Positions 48,487-59,658 are shown, numbered from the stretch's first letter. The stretch is 64,000 nt of DNA from Candidatus Minusculum obligatum (GCA_002331145.1 DCYT01000001.1:154002-218001); one strand, 5' to 3'. Program-made: numbers and translations. Notes: a model not told the origin generated them from the letters alone.

Positions 48487-49992
48487 ATGACATCCGTCAA
48501 GGAAATTCAAAAAGAGATGCAGGGAGCAAGTGAGAAAGAACTTGCACTCGTTAAAGAAGCATATGCTTTTGCAAAGAAAGCTCATGACGGACACACTCGA
48601 TATTCTGGAGAACCATACTTCATGCACCCTGCTGCTGTTGCAAAGAAATTGGCAGAATTTGGCGCTGATGGATCAGTTGTTGCTGCAGGACTATTGCACG
48701 ACACTGTAGAGGATGTAGGAGCAAGCGAAGAAGAGATTGAAAAACTTTTTGGCAAAGATGTTCGCTTTCTGGTGCACGGTGTTACTAAGCTTGGAAAGCA
48801 TAAGTACCGAGGAATGAAGCGGCACGCCGAAAGTTTGCGACGACTTCTTGTTGCTACTTCAGCTGATATCCGAGTACTTCTTATTAAGCTTGTTGATCGC
48901 TACCACAACATGACAACTATTGATCATGTGCCTGAGCGAAAGAGAAAGAGAATTGCAATTGAGACTCTTGAAATCTATGCTCCTATCGCAGACCGTCTTG
49001 GAATGGGACTTATGAAGCGAGACCTTGAAGATCTTTCATTCCCCCATGTTGATCCTGATGCATACACGCACACTCTTGAGGTAATGAAGCAAAAGAGTAA
49101 AGAAAATGAAGATGGTCTTAAAAAGATTCAGAGAACGCTTCGAAAAGAACTTGCGAAGGGCTCTATTACTGACTTCAGTACAGAGCTTCGAGTAAAAGGT
49201 TTATATAGCCTGTACCAAAAACTCGAGAGAAAAGATAAAGATATTACAAAGATTTTTGATATTGCCGCACTTCGCATCATTGTAAAAGATGTAAATGATT
49301 GTTATGCAACACTTGGAATTGTTCACAATCTCTTTAAGCCAATCCCAGGAAAAATCAAAGACTACATTGCTTTCCCCAAACCAAATGGATACCAAAGTCT
49401 TCACACAACAGTAATGACGGGAAACGCTGGAATTGTAGAGGTGCAAATTCGAACGGAAGAAATGCACCGTTCTGCAAAATACGGAATCGCATCTCATATT
49501 TCATACAAACAACTTGGAGATAGCAATAAGAAAACTTTTGAAACTCTTGCCCGCACATGGATGGGAGAACTTATTCCAAAGGTAAATAAAGAAGCTAAAC
49601 AAAGCGCCTCAACTCCAACTTGGATTGCAGACCTAGCAGAAGCACAAACTGCACTCTCAGAGAGTGACGAATTCCTACAGGGAGTAAAAGAAGATGTGAC
49701 AAGCTATCGAGTATTTGTATTTACCCCAAGAGGAGATGTGATTGATTTGCCTGTTGATTCAAGCCCTATTGATTTTGCATACGCTATTCATAGCGACATT
49801 GGAGACCATCTAGCCGGCGCAAAAGTAAACGGAAAGCTTGTCTCGCTTGATACAAAGCTAAAAAATGGAGATCGAGTTGAAATCATGACAAGAAAAAATG
49901 CCGCGCCAACTGAAAAGTGGCTCGACATGGTAAAGACATCAATTGCACGAAAGAGTATTCGACAGAAAACAGGAAAGAAACCTATACAGTAA
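48487..49992 (+). CDS. RelA/SpoT family (p)ppGpp synthetase/hydrolase (HD-SYNTH-TGS, no ACT domain)
   Basis: RYSGEPY, LLHDTVED, PKPNGYQSLHT, EVQIRT, VFVFTP, DFAYAIH. Confidence 0.93.
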   Translation: MTSVKEIQKEMQGASEKELALVKEAYAFAKKAHDGHTRYSGEPYFMHPAAVAKKLAEFGADGSVVAAGLLHDTVEDVGASEEEIEKLFGKDVRFLVHGVTKLGKHKYRGMKRHAESLRRLLVATSADIRVLLIKLVDRYHNMTTIDHVPERKRKRIAIETLEIYAPIADRLGMGLMKRDLEDLSFPHVDPDAYTHTLEVMKQKSKENEDGLKKIQRTLRKELAKGSITDFSTELRVKGLYSLYQKLERKDKDITKIFDIAALRIIVKDVNDCYATLGIVHNLFKPIPGKIKDYIAFPKPNGYQSLHTTVMTGNAGIVEVQIRTEEMHRSAKYGIASHISYKQLGDSNKKTFETLARTWMGELIPKVNKEAKQSASTPTWIADLAEAQTALSESDEFLQGVKEDVTSYRVFVFTPRGDVIDLPVDSSPIDFAYAIHSDIGDHLAGAKVNGKLVSLDTKLKNGDRVEIMTRKNAAPTEKWLDMVKTSIARKSIRQKTGKKPIQ

Positions 49993-50950
49993 ATCCTGAG
50001 ATGTTGTAGAGATCATCATCCTTCTTCTCTTCTTTCTTTTCCTCCACAACGCCCTCAAGGGCGTTTTCTACATCTTCAACAATCTCTTCTTCTGAAAGCT
50101 CTTCCTCTTTTACAGCCTCCTCTGCAATGTGATTTCTAATCGCACTTAGATCATCTTCTGAGAAGAAATCAATAACCACCTTCCCTCCAGATTCAGCTCG
50201 TTCAATATGCACTCGTGTCCCAAGAGCATCTGAGAGTTCTTTTTCAAGCTTTTGTAATTCAGGAGAAAGATCATTCTTCCGAGTTTTCTCAACAGCAATG
50301 CGCCGCGCCAATTGCTCACTATCTCGCACTGAAATCTTTCGGGTAACAATCTCCTTATATAGGGTTGCTTGCTCATCAGGACGATCAGAAAGCATTAGGA
50401 GTGGCCTTGCATGTCCCTCAGTAATATTTTTACTTCGAATGGCTTCTTGCATCTCTTCAGGAAGTCCAAGGAGCCGAATACTGTTACTTACATACTCTCG
50501 ACTCTTCCCCATCTTCTTTCCAATCTCTGCATGAGTTAATTTAAATTTCTGTGCAAGAAGATCAAAGGCTTTTGCTCGATCTACAGCATTGAGGTCTTCT
50601 CTTTGAAGATTCTCAATAATCGCAAGCTCAAGCTTCATCTGACTATCCTCATTTTGAGTTCTAATCACTGCAGGAACCTCACGCAACCCTACAAGCTTTG
50701 AAGCTCGGAGCCTTCGCTCTCCAGCGATAAGCTCATAGCTTGTTTGAAGACCTCCATCTTCTTTTTCAGTTTCAGTACGAGTAACAACAAGTGGCTGCAA
50801 TACTCCATACTGCCGAATACTCTCTGCAAGAGTTTTTAGATTTAGCTCGTCAAATTCTTTCCGTGGTTGGTATGGATTAGGTTGAATTTTCTCTACCTCA
50901 ATCCAGAATACCGAATCATACCGCTGTGCTTCAGCTAATTTCGCGTCCAT
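49982..50950 (-). CDS. parB: Chromosomal ParB/Spo0J
   Basis: PNPYQPRKEF, GVLQPL, IAGERRLRA, IENLQREDL. Confidence 0.93.
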   Translation of the reverse strand: MDAKLAEAQRYDSVFWIEVEKIQPNPYQPRKEFDELNLKTLAESIRQYGVLQPLVVTRTETEKEDGGLQTSYELIAGERRLRASKLVGLREVPAVIRTQNEDSQMKLELAIIENLQREDLNAVDRAKAFDLLAQKFKLTHAEIGKKMGKSREYVSNSIRLLGLPEEMQEAIRSKNITEGHARPLLMLSDRPDEQATLYKEIVTRKISVRDSEQLARRIAVEKTRKNDLSPELQKLEKELSDALGTRVHIERAESGGKVVIDFFSEDDLSAIRNHIAEEAVKEEELSEEEIVEDVENALEGVVEEKKEEKKDDDLYNISGFTV

Positions 50951-51015
50951 ATACAGCCAATTGTATCATATGTAATTTGCACCATTTAAGAACTTTACGT
51001 AGGATAACGTGTATT

Positions 51016-51097
51016 GCCGGGGTGGCGGAATTGGTATACGCGATAGATTCAAAACCTATTGCCGCAAGGCTTGAGGGTTCAAGTCCCTCTCCCGGCA
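51016..51097 (+). tRNA. tRNA-Leu(CAA)
   Basis: GCCGGGG/TCCCGGC acceptor, TTCAAAA loop, variable arm, GGTTCAAGTCC. Confidence 0.9.
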
Positions 51098-51149
51098 CAA
51101 ACAAGAAAAAGCGTCTTACGGCGCTTTTTCTTTTTGGTACAATAGGTCG

Positions 51150-51719
51150 ATGTCAAAACTCTATTTCTCTTACTCAGCAATGAATGCAGGAAAATCTACT
51201 GCCTTACTCCAAGTGGCACACAACTATGAGGAGCGTGGTATGAATGTGTATCTCCTTACCGCAAAAATGGATACTCGAGATGGACAAGGATTTATTTCTT
51301 CTCGCATTGGAATAAAACACGAGTGTGATACGTATGATGAAAAAGACAACCTCTTTGAAAAAGTAAAAGAACAAAATCCTATCTCTTGCGTTTTAATAGA
51401 TGAAGCACACTGGCTATCTCCAAAGCACGTTGATGAGCTTGCGCATGTTGCTGATGAGTTACATATTCCTGTTATGTGCTACGGACTTCGAACTGATTTT
51501 AAAGGAAATTTATTTCCAGGATCTGAGAGGCTACTTGCACTTGCCGATACTCTAAGAGAAATACGAACTATTTGTCATTGTGGAAAGAAAGCGACTATGG
51601 TGTTGCGACTTGGAGAGGATGGGAAAGTACTGCAAGACGGTCCACAAAATCAGGTTGGAGGAAACGAATCATACGTCTCTGTGTGTAGGAAACATTGGAA
51701 AGAGGCATTAAATAAATAA
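51150..51719 (+). CDS. tdk: Thymidine kinase
   Basis: YSAMNAGKST, LIDEA, YGLRTDF, TICHCG, YVSVCRKH. Confidence 0.96.
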   Translation: MSKLYFSYSAMNAGKSTALLQVAHNYEERGMNVYLLTAKMDTRDGQGFISSRIGIKHECDTYDEKDNLFEKVKEQNPISCVLIDEAHWLSPKHVDELAHVADELHIPVMCYGLRTDFKGNLFPGSERLLALADTLREIRTICHCGKKATMVLRLGEDGKVLQDGPQNQVGGNESYVSVCRKHWKEALNK

Positions 51720-51748
51720 AAAAGCGCCCGAAGGCGCTTTTTTATTTA
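51714..51748. terminator. Bidirectional terminator between tdk and the peroxiredoxin gene
   Basis: AAATAAAAAAGCGCC-CGAA-GGCGCTTTTTTATTT. Confidence 0.85.
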
Positions 51749-52279
51749 TGAGTTCTCTTTAAGATATTTGAGCATTGTATCTACATCAGATACCTCAAAT
51801 GGATCTTCCTCGCAGTTATCTTCAAATCCAGGCTCAATAAATGCCTTCTTGATTTCTCCATCTTCTACAAGTACAGAGTATCGCCAAGACCGCTCTCCAA
51901 ACCCAAGATTCTCTTTCTTTACGTTCATTCCCATCCCCCGAGTAAATTCAAGGTTTCCATCAGGAAGAAGGCGCACCTTATCTGCCCCAAGGTCCTTCCC
52001 CCATGCATTCATCACAAATGTGTCATTTACTGAAAGACAGTATGTGTGATCAATACCAAGCTCCTTTAACTCATCAAACTTCTCCTCATACCCTGGAAGA
52101 TGTGTTGAAGAACATGTTGGTGTAAATGCACCAGGCAGTGCAAACATTACAATCTTCTTTCCTTTAAAGATGTCGTCAGTTGTAATGTCTCTCCACTGAT
52201 ACTCTCCCGCATCATCCTTTGCTCTAATTTTGAAAGTCGTCTGTGGAACCTTCTTTCCTTCTAGTGCTGAACTATCCAT
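51746..52279 (-). CDS. Peroxiredoxin (Prx5/redoxin type)
   Basis: LPGAFTPTCSSTHLPGY, SVNDTFVMNAW, RSWRYS. Confidence 0.93.
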   Translation of the reverse strand: MDSSALEGKKVPQTTFKIRAKDDAGEYQWRDITTDDIFKGKKIVMFALPGAFTPTCSSTHLPGYEEKFDELKELGIDHTYCLSVNDTFVMNAWGKDLGADKVRLLPDGNLEFTRGMGMNVKKENLGFGERSWRYSVLVEDGEIKKAFIEPGFEDNCEEDPFEVSDVDTMLKYLKENS

Positions 52280-52329
52280 AATAATTTCTCTTAGTTTACT
52301 AATTTTGTATGCGTAGTATAACGAAGCTA

Positions 52330-53214
52330 ATGAAAGACGCAAAAGTTATTGCGATTGTTGGCCCAACAGCATCTGGAAAAACGTCTCTTGCTATAGAAAT
52401 TGCCAAGAAATATAACGGCGAGGTTATTTCTGTTGACTCAAGACAAGTGTATAAAACACTCGATATTGGAACTGAGAAAGTTACAGAAGAAGAAATGAGT
52501 GGAATCCCTCACCATATGATCGATATTGTAGAGCCAGAGGAAACTTTCTCTGTGCAAGAATTTCAAGAAATGGCGAAAGAGAAAATTGAAGACATTTTGT
52601 CTCGAAATAAACTTCCTATTCTGGCTGGAGGATCAGGGCAGTACATGGACGCTGTTTTATATGACGGAACATTTCCTATTGTCCCGCCAAACGAAAAACT
52701 TCGAGAAGAATTAAAGAACGTGCCAACTACAGCACTTTTTAAAATTCTAGAGTCACAAGATCCAGCACGAGCTGAAACTATAGACCCTAAAAATAAAAGA
52801 CGTCTTATTCGAGCCCTTGAAATAATTGAGGCTTTAGGAGAAGTTCCAAAAAAAGAGAAAGGAGAACTTCTTTACGACACGCTCTACTTAGGAATCGATA
52901 TTTCTCGAGAAGATATTCGAGAGAAAATAACAAAAAGACTTTCTGAAACTATGAAGAAAGGACTTATTAAAGAAACACGAGAACTTAGAGAACGTGTTGG
53001 TGACAAGCGCCTTGATGCATTTGGACTTGAGTATCGAGTTATAAAAGAATATTTAGACGAGACTATTGCGGAAGAAGATTTAATACCAAAACTTATCTCA
53101 GAACTTATGGGATATGCAAAACGACAAATGACGTGGTTTAAGAAAAATGAGGATATCGTTTGGGGGACGAGAGAAAAACTCTTAGAAGAATCCGAAAGTT
53201 TTCTTAGAAATTAA
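52330..53214 (+). CDS. miaA: tRNA dimethylallyltransferase
   Basis: GPTASGKT, DSRQVY, PHHMID, YAKRQMTWF. Confidence 0.96.
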   Translation: MKDAKVIAIVGPTASGKTSLAIEIAKKYNGEVISVDSRQVYKTLDIGTEKVTEEEMSGIPHHMIDIVEPEETFSVQEFQEMAKEKIEDILSRNKLPILAGGSGQYMDAVLYDGTFPIVPPNEKLREELKNVPTTALFKILESQDPARAETIDPKNKRRLIRALEIIEALGEVPKKEKGELLYDTLYLGIDISREDIREKITKRLSETMKKGLIKETRELRERVGDKRLDAFGLEYRVIKEYLDETIAEEDLIPKLISELMGYAKRQMTWFKKNEDIVWGTREKLLEESESFLRN

Positions 53215-54022
53215 CATCTACACACGTTCCATCATTATGGCAAGCTGCAGCATGACTTACTGTCTTTGGGTATGCTTCAGTTACTCTGAAATTTGGAACA
53301 TTTTCATCCAGATCTACTCTACTAAGAGCTTCGGCAAGAACCCTTGTTGCCATGTCTCCATCTTTTGTTGATATTCCATAGTCATTAAGATCTACACAAT
53401 CATGACATTCATCACTTCCTGTCCCACCAGAACCATATGAACTATAGACTGAGAAATGAGGTGATGTAATTCTTCGCACTTGCAACACATTTTCTGCAGG
53501 TACTCCAAAATCTATTAGAGCTTGTCTTTGTGATGCTCTAGAAACTTCATATATCGCACTTAACCCATTTGCCTGTGCTGTTGCAATAAAAGCTGCGACA
53601 TACCCAGCAAATTCTTCTGTGATGGAATCTGTTCCAATAAGACGGTTATCTGTACCTGGGTCTTGTGGAAAGATAAGAGATTCTTCACAAGCTTGTTTTT
53701 CAATCCCAAAGAAGCTATCCCAATCTCCGTATTCATTCTTATCTGCAAAGGTGCTCATAATAGTACTTACAATTAAGAAGCCTCCAAGAATAATGACAAA
53801 CCCAATAACGGCACTCATTGCCATGCTTCGAGCTTTTTGAATCGCCCCTGGATTTCCCTGACTTGTTATAAATAGAAAGCCAACATATACCAAGATAAGA
53901 ACAAGAACCATCGTTCCAAGGTAAATCATGAAATTCATGATGTTCTGCACAAGCTGCATGACATCTACAAAATCACATCCGCACAAAGAATCTCGACAAG
54001 CAGGTACAAGTTGTTCAAACAT
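53204..54022 (-). CDS. CPR-type pilin (TrbC/VirB2-like TM pair) with C-terminal M15-peptidase-like domain
   Basis: LVPAC...C.F, two TMs around GNPGAIQKAR; C-terminal FRVTEA...H...CH.DGTCVD. Confidence 0.65.
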   Translation of the reverse strand: MFEQLVPACRDSLCGCDFVDVMQLVQNIMNFMIYLGTMVLVLILVYVGFLFITSQGNPGAIQKARSMAMSAVIGFVIILGGFLIVSTIMSTFADKNEYGDWDSFFGIEKQACEESLIFPQDPGTDNRLIGTDSITEEFAGYVAAFIATAQANGLSAIYEVSRASQRQALIDFGVPAENVLQVRRITSPHFSVYSSYGSGGTGSDECHDCVDLNDYGISTKDGDMATRVLAEALSRVDLDENVPNFRVTEAYPKTVSHAAACHNDGTCVDVNF

Positions 54023-54074
54023 GCACTCATAATACCGCGAAAGAGCTCCTATCTGGAGCTCTTTCTGTTAATTG

Positions 54075-54145
54075 CGGGCGATGAGGGAATCGAACCCCCG
54101 ACTAAGGTTTTGGAGACCTTCATTATGCCACTTAACTAATCGCCC
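54075..54145 (-). tRNA. tRNA-Trp(CCA)
   Basis: GGGCGAT/ATCGCCC acceptor, AAGGT-CTCCAAA-ACCTT, GGTTCGATTCC. Confidence 0.92.
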
Positions 54146-54204
54146 TATACACAAACGCACGACAGTGTGCCGTGCGGAGAGTGTAGCATAAAGAAGAAAG
54201 AGTT

Positions 54205-54360
54205 CTACTTCTTCACTTCTGTATACATTACGTGCTTTCGAACCTTGGGATCGTACTTCTTAAGCTCAAGCTTTCGCTCTACACGCTTCTTATTCTTCCG
54301 AGTCCAATACATATGATCGGATTCGGTTGATTTCATTTTTGCCAAATGGTCTTGACTCAT
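54205..54360 (-). CDS. rpmG: 50S ribosomal protein L33 (not in ORF track)
   Basis: MSQDHLAKMKSTESDHMYWTRKNKKRVERKLELKKYDPKVRKHVMYTEVKK. Confidence 0.93.
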   Translation of the reverse strand: MSQDHLAKMKSTESDHMYWTRKNKKRVERKLELKKYDPKVRKHVMYTEVKK

Positions 54361-54389
54361 AGTGCGGCTACTCTATCAAATTAAGGGAT

Positions 54390-57077
54390 TTACGCAACTG
54401 TTTTCACCTTTTTACTTACTGTTGCGGCTTTCTTTCGAGCTGTAAATGTAAGCTCATCTCCCTTAATTCCTACTGTTACAGACCCTCCTGCCATAAGCCC
54501 CTTATCTACCATAAGAGATGCGATTGGAGTTAGAAGCTTTGTTTGAATTACACGCCGCAATGGTCGCGCTCCATATTGTGGATTGTATCCTTTGGCAGCA
54601 AGCCAATCCTTAACTTTAGGAGCAATAGACAAGGCAATTTTCTTTTGTGAAAGTCGCTCAATAACATCTGCCACTTGCATGTCCACAATTTCTCGAAGCA
54701 CTTCCTTTGAAAGAGTCTTGAAGAAGACAATGTCATCTAGACGGTTCAAGAACTCTGGACGGAACTGCTCACGCAACTGCTTCATCACCTTCTCCCTTGC
54801 CTGCTCCTGCTGATCTTCCACCTCATGTGCTTCACTCTCATGCGTTGCAAAACCAATTGAACTCATCTTGTCGATATATTCAGCCCCAACATTTGAAGTT
54901 AGAATAACGATAGTATTTTTGAAGTTCACCTTCCTTCCCTTTCCATCTGTTAGGTGTCCACTATCTAGAACCTGAAGCAAGATATTAAACACTTCAGGGT
55001 GAGCCTTCTCAATCTCATCAAATAAGATCACCGAGTACGGACGATGTCGTACTTGCTCGGTTAGTGTTCCACTCTCTTCGTGTCCCACATACCCCGGAGG
55101 AGCTCCCACAAGCTTCGCTACGGAATGTTTTTCCATAAACTCACTCATATCTACACGAATAAGATTATCCGCGTCATTAAACATGAATTCTGTAAGACGA
55201 CGAGCAAGCTCTGTCTTTCCAACTCCTGTTGGCCCCAAGAACATAAATGATCCAATAGGGCGGTTTGGATCTGCAATTCCTACACGTGATCGCTTCACAG
55301 CATCAGCAACAGATTGAATTGCCTCATCTTGTCCTACAAGATTTTCCTTGAGGGCTTCTTCCATACGAGCAAGCTTCTGAGCTTCCTCCTCAAGCATTCG
55401 TGACACTGGGATACCAGTCCACCTTGAAACAACAGCTGCGATGTCTGATTCGGTAATTTCTTCCTTAAGAATTCGTCGAGACTTCTGAAGCGTCTTCATT
55501 CTCTTCATCTTTGTCTCAAGCTCCTTCTGAAGCACCGGGATCTTTCCATAACGAATCTCAGCTGCAGTACCAAGATCTGCAGTTGCCTCTGCTGCATCTG
55601 CCTGCTGCTTAAGTTCTCCAAGCTGTGTCTTCATACCTCGAATAGATTCAAGAACCTCCTTCTCATTCTTCCACTTAAGCTCAAGCTCACTTGTCTTCTC
55701 TTTTAGATCCGCAATGTCTTTTTCTACCTTTCGAATACGAGACTTGATCTCTTTCTCCATATCTTCATCCTGCAGATCCTTTGCAAGTGCTGCCTTTTCA
55801 ATCTCAAGACGACGAATCTTTCGATCTGTCTCTTCAAGCTCAACCGGCTTGTTCTCAAGCGCAATGCGAAGCATTGACCCTGACTCATCGATAAGATCAA
55901 CAGCCTTATCTGGAAGATGTCGCTCTGTTAGATATCGAGAAGATAATTCTACTGCTGCAACAATGGCGTCGTCTGTAATCCGAATACCGTGGAAGAGCTC
56001 GTACTTATCTCGAAGTCCTCGCAAAATAGCCACCGCGTCCTCAATACTTGGCTCATGTACATAAATTGGCTGGAAACGCCTGGTAAGAGCTGCATCCTTT
56101 TCAATATACTTTTGATACTCCTTAATAGTTGTGGCTCCAATAGTCCTGATCTCCCCACGAGCTAGCGCCGGCTTAAGCATCTCACTTGCTCCCATTGCGC
56201 CTTCTGCATTTCCAGCTCCCACAAGTGTGTGTAGCTCATCAATAAAGAGAAGCACCTTTCCTTCAGACTTCTCAACCTCTTTCATAATGCTCTTCATCCG
56301 CTCCTCAAACTCTCCTCGGTACTTTGTACCTGCAATCATCGCTCCAAGATCAAGCGAGAGAAGCTCTTTATCCTTTAGAGACTCAGGAATGTCACCTGAT
56401 GCTATTCGCTGTGCTAACCCTTCTGCAATGGCAGTCTTTCCAACTCCAGCTTCTCCAATAAGAACAGGGTTGTTCTTTGTTCTTCGAGAAAGAATCTGCA
56501 CAACACGATTAATCTCCTCATCACGTCCAATAACAGGATCAAGCTTATTGTCTTGAGCCATCTGCGTTAGATTTCGTGTGTACTTTGTAAGAGCCCTGAA
56601 TTTCTTTGGCTCTACAATCTCTCCCCCATTATTCTGCTTGATTTCAGAAAGCACATTAAGCGATGTCTCCTGATCAATAGTGAATCGCTGCAATAGATCA
56701 GCTGCAGGCCCTGGGTTCTCGATAAGAGCAATAAACAGGTGCTCTGTCCCAATAAATGAATCTCCTAGGTCTGACGCAATAGTTCCAGCATTTTCAAGAG
56801 CTTGTGCTAGATCTGGAGTTAAATAAAGCTGGTAGCTTGGAGAAAGTGTTGAAGCATTCTCTGGAGCTTCAAGCATCTCAAGCAATGAATCTGCAAGCAA
56901 AATGGCATCTACATCCATTTTATCTAGTACTGAAAATACGAGACTTTCCTCCTGCAATACAAGTGCAGCAAGAAGATGTACGGGGTTCACATGATTTTGC
57001 CCTCTCTCTATTGCAAGTTCATGTGCCTTTCGTACTGCCTCTTTCGCTTTGGTTGTGAAATTTTTAAATGGTTGCAT
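54390..57077 (-). CDS. clpB: ATP-dependent chaperone ClpB
   Basis: Two AAA+ modules ([16 protein letters not shown]), long middle coiled coil, YGARPLRR. Confidence 0.95.
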   Translation of the reverse strand: MQPFKNFTTKAKEAVRKAHELAIERGQNHVNPVHLLAALVLQEESLVFSVLDKMDVDAILLADSLLEMLEAPENASTLSPSYQLYLTPDLAQALENAGTIASDLGDSFIGTEHLFIALIENPGPAADLLQRFTIDQETSLNVLSEIKQNNGGEIVEPKKFRALTKYTRNLTQMAQDNKLDPVIGRDEEINRVVQILSRRTKNNPVLIGEAGVGKTAIAEGLAQRIASGDIPESLKDKELLSLDLGAMIAGTKYRGEFEERMKSIMKEVEKSEGKVLLFIDELHTLVGAGNAEGAMGASEMLKPALARGEIRTIGATTIKEYQKYIEKDAALTRRFQPIYVHEPSIEDAVAILRGLRDKYELFHGIRITDDAIVAAVELSSRYLTERHLPDKAVDLIDESGSMLRIALENKPVELEETDRKIRRLEIEKAALAKDLQDEDMEKEIKSRIRKVEKDIADLKEKTSELELKWKNEKEVLESIRGMKTQLGELKQQADAAEATADLGTAAEIRYGKIPVLQKELETKMKRMKTLQKSRRILKEEITESDIAAVVSRWTGIPVSRMLEEEAQKLARMEEALKENLVGQDEAIQSVADAVKRSRVGIADPNRPIGSFMFLGPTGVGKTELARRLTEFMFNDADNLIRVDMSEFMEKHSVAKLVGAPPGYVGHEESGTLTEQVRHRPYSVILFDEIEKAHPEVFNILLQVLDSGHLTDGKGRKVNFKNTIVILTSNVGAEYIDKMSSIGFATHESEAHEVEDQQEQAREKVMKQLREQFRPEFLNRLDDIVFFKTLSKEVLREIVDMQVADVIERLSQKKIALSIAPKVKDWLAAKGYNPQYGARPLRRVIQTKLLTPIASLMVDKGLMAGGSVTVGIKGDELTFTARKKAATVSKKVKTVA

Positions 57078-57873
57078 TTTCTTCTTCAGCTACTTGCTGC
57101 GAAGATACATATGCATCAACTGCTCCTAGAATGTCCTCAGCACTGATGAACTGTGCACCAGATCCTTCGGTTACAGCTACATGCATTCCAATAATATCTC
57201 CGAGCGTTGAAATAAGTGTTGTTCCGTATGGCAATCGAGACTGCGCTAGATTTGTACCAATATCAGAACCTTCTACTACAGAAACAATTCCTGTCTCTAG
57301 CGCAGATCCTGCGCCAAGTGCGAAGACACTTTGTCCCCGCCGCACTCCCTCAAGTGTTGCAAACTCATATCCCCCAATTACAGGAAGAGTCTCGCCCTCT
57401 CCTAATGCTGGCTTAATGAGTGCAACGCCACTTTCAGTATTCTCTACTACTTCTCCCTCAAATACAGAACCTCCTGCAAATTTGATAAGAACTTCGTCTG
57501 CACTGACCCCATCAGAGCCAGACGCAATAAGTCCTTGATTTGGCAGGAAGAGTCCTGTTGCTACAGATGCGCTTGTTGTTGTTCCAACATGCAGATTAAC
57601 AACACGACTTGCATGTGCTTCTACAGAATCTCCAAGCACATCTTCTTCTTTCACTACTACCGTAGTCTCTCGAGTTACAACAGCTGCTCCAGCTTCTCCT
57701 TGCTCCACCTTTTCAATTGTTCGCTCTACAACTCGGTTTACTGTCTGTGTCACCGTCTGAGGAGTCTCCTCAAGAAGTGACACGGTAAGTACTCCTGTTG
57801 CAGTAGACGTAACAAAAGAAACTAGCAAAGTAAGAAGAAGTAATTGTGATTTTGAGAGCTGTTCAATATCCAT
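57064..57873 (-). CDS. Membrane-anchored protein with degenerate trypsin-like domain (CPR-type)
   Basis: [27 protein letters not shown]...[13 protein letters not shown]; no clear catalytic triad. Confidence 0.6.
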   Translation of the reverse strand: MDIEQLSKSQLLLLTLLVSFVTSTATGVLTVSLLEETPQTVTQTVNRVVERTIEKVEQGEAGAAVVTRETTVVVKEEDVLGDSVEAHASRVVNLHVGTTTSASVATGLFLPNQGLIASGSDGVSADEVLIKFAGGSVFEGEVVENTESGVALIKPALGEGETLPVIGGYEFATLEGVRRGQSVFALGAGSALETGIVSVVEGSDIGTNLAQSRLPYGTTLISTLGDIIGMHVAVTEGSGAQFISAEDILGAVDAYVSSQQVAEEENATI

Positions 57874-57940
57874 AAGAGCAGTATACGAAGCAAGCGTCAG
57901 AATGACAAATCGTTACGCCTGTACTGCTTAAAATGTACGA

Positions 57941-59113
57941 CTAAATTGTGTGCTCGTCAAGAAATTCTACGCCCTCTTTTAGAGCTTTCACAAACCCTCT
58001 CATCTGCTGTTTTGTATGATCTGGACCTAATGTAATTCGAAGTGTTGAAAGTGCTTTTTCTTCATCTCCTGTAACTACTCGCACAACATCTGAACCTTCT
58101 CCTGCTCCACTGTCACAAGTTATCTTCGTAGAAACTGCATATCCTTTCTTATCTAAAAATGCAGCAAGGTACTCACTATCTCTTCCAGGGAAAGAAATGT
58201 TTATGTTGTTTGCGACTCGCTTGATCTTGTCTCCATTTAAATGCACATTCTTTATTTCCTTCTCAATCTCATTAAGAGTCCAGTTTCGAAGCATTGTTAT
58301 CTCTTCACCCACCTTTTCATGATTCTCTTGCGCATCTACAAGTGCGTGAGCAAATCCAACGGCAAGCGCTACGTTCTCTGTCCCTGGTCGCATGCCACCC
58401 TCTTGTCCTCCACCAAATAGAATTGGAGCTAGTGCTACAGGCCTCTTTTTAATAAGGGCTCCAATTCCTCGTGGTCCTCCAAACTTCTGTCCGTCAAGCA
58501 CCATCATATCTACTCCGATACTTTCAATAAGGACTGGAAGAAATAGAGCAGCTTGTGCTGCATCTGTATGCACTGCAATCTCTTTATTAAATTCAGATAC
58601 TTTTTGCTTTATCTTTCGAAGCGGCATGATTGTTCCAATCTCACTATTTACATACTGAACAGAAACAAGAACTGTTTTATTTGTTAGAACCTCTTTTACA
58701 CTTTCGGGTGTAATGATTCCCTCTTCATTTGGAAACACAATACTTACCAATACTCCTTTCTCTTTTAGCGCCTCAATGCTCTTAAGTACATTTACATGCT
58801 CAATAGCAGAGGTAACAACATGCATGTCCTTATATGTGCGTCCCTGCTGACGCAGTCCTTCTATATGCCCTAGGATTGCGAGTGTGTTTGCTTCAGTTGC
58901 TCCTGATGTAAAAATAACTTCTTCCTTTTTTACCTTCACAACGTCAGCAACATCAGAGCGTGCTTTCTCAAGCGCTTCCTTTGCCTCTCTTCCTTCCTGG
59001 TGGTTTGCTCCTGGATTTCCAAAGAAATTAAGAATGTGTGGCCTCATTGCAGAAAATACCGACTTCTTTGTTGGCATTGCGCTGGCATAATCTAGATATA
59101 CTCGCTTACTCAT
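57941..59113 (-). CDS. Cysteine desulfurase family protein (IscS/NifS-like)
   Basis: YLDYAS, FTSGATEAN, HTDAAQ, QKFGGPRG, GGGQE.GMRPGTEN. Confidence 0.9.
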   Translation of the reverse strand: MSKRVYLDYASAMPTKKSVFSAMRPHILNFFGNPGANHQEGREAKEALEKARSDVADVVKVKKEEVIFTSGATEANTLAILGHIEGLRQQGRTYKDMHVVTSAIEHVNVLKSIEALKEKGVLVSIVFPNEEGIITPESVKEVLTNKTVLVSVQYVNSEIGTIMPLRKIKQKVSEFNKEIAVHTDAAQAALFLPVLIESIGVDMMVLDGQKFGGPRGIGALIKKRPVALAPILFGGGQEGGMRPGTENVALAVGFAHALVDAQENHEKVGEEITMLRNWTLNEIEKEIKNVHLNGDKIKRVANNINISFPGRDSEYLAAFLDKKGYAVSTKITCDSGAGEGSDVVRVVTGDEEKALSTLRITLGPDHTKQQMRGFVKALKEGVEFLDEHTI

Positions 59114-59171
59114 TACCTACTGTTGTACGCTCTTGTTTGCAAAACTGCAAGAGAGCAACTACCATGCTCTT

Positions 59172-59657
59172 ATGACTGAGCTTCTCACCGTATTTAGTAG
59201 TGCAACACCCACCACACTCTTTATAGGAGGTCTTTTTCTTTTCAATCTCATTCTCCTTATATTGGTAGTTATTCTTTTTGTACGTCTTGGAAAGGTTTTC
59301 AAAGGAAAAAATGGAAAAGACCTTGAAGCTGTTGTCACTTTACTTGTAGAACATAAGCAAGATGCTGAGCAATTTCACAGAGAAGTTGCAGAAACATTCA
59401 TCGCATATGACGCTCGAATCAAGAAAAGTGCCCAGATGCCATCTGTTATGCGCTTTGATGCTTTTAATGGAACGGGAGAAGGTGGAAAGCAGAGTTTTGC
59501 CACTGCCCTTGTAAGTGAGGATGGGGATGGTATGGTGCTTTCAAGCCTTTATATGCGCGACAAGATGCGCATCTATGCAAAGCCTGTTGAGAAATACACA
59601 TCATCATTTGAACTAACTGATGAAGAGCAAGCAGTGCTAGCTAAAGCAAAGAAATAA
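59172..59657 (+). CDS. DUF4446-like membrane-anchored protein
   Basis: N-terminal TM; RFDAF...GGKQSF...DGMVLSSL...YAKP...ELTDEE. Confidence 0.75.
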   Translation: MTELLTVFSSATPTTLFIGGLFLFNLILLILVVILFVRLGKVFKGKNGKDLEAVVTLLVEHKQDAEQFHREVAETFIAYDARIKKSAQMPSVMRFDAFNGTGEGGKQSFATALVSEDGDGMVLSSLYMRDKMRIYAKPVEKYTSSFELTDEEQAVLAKAKK

Positions 59658-59658
59658 T

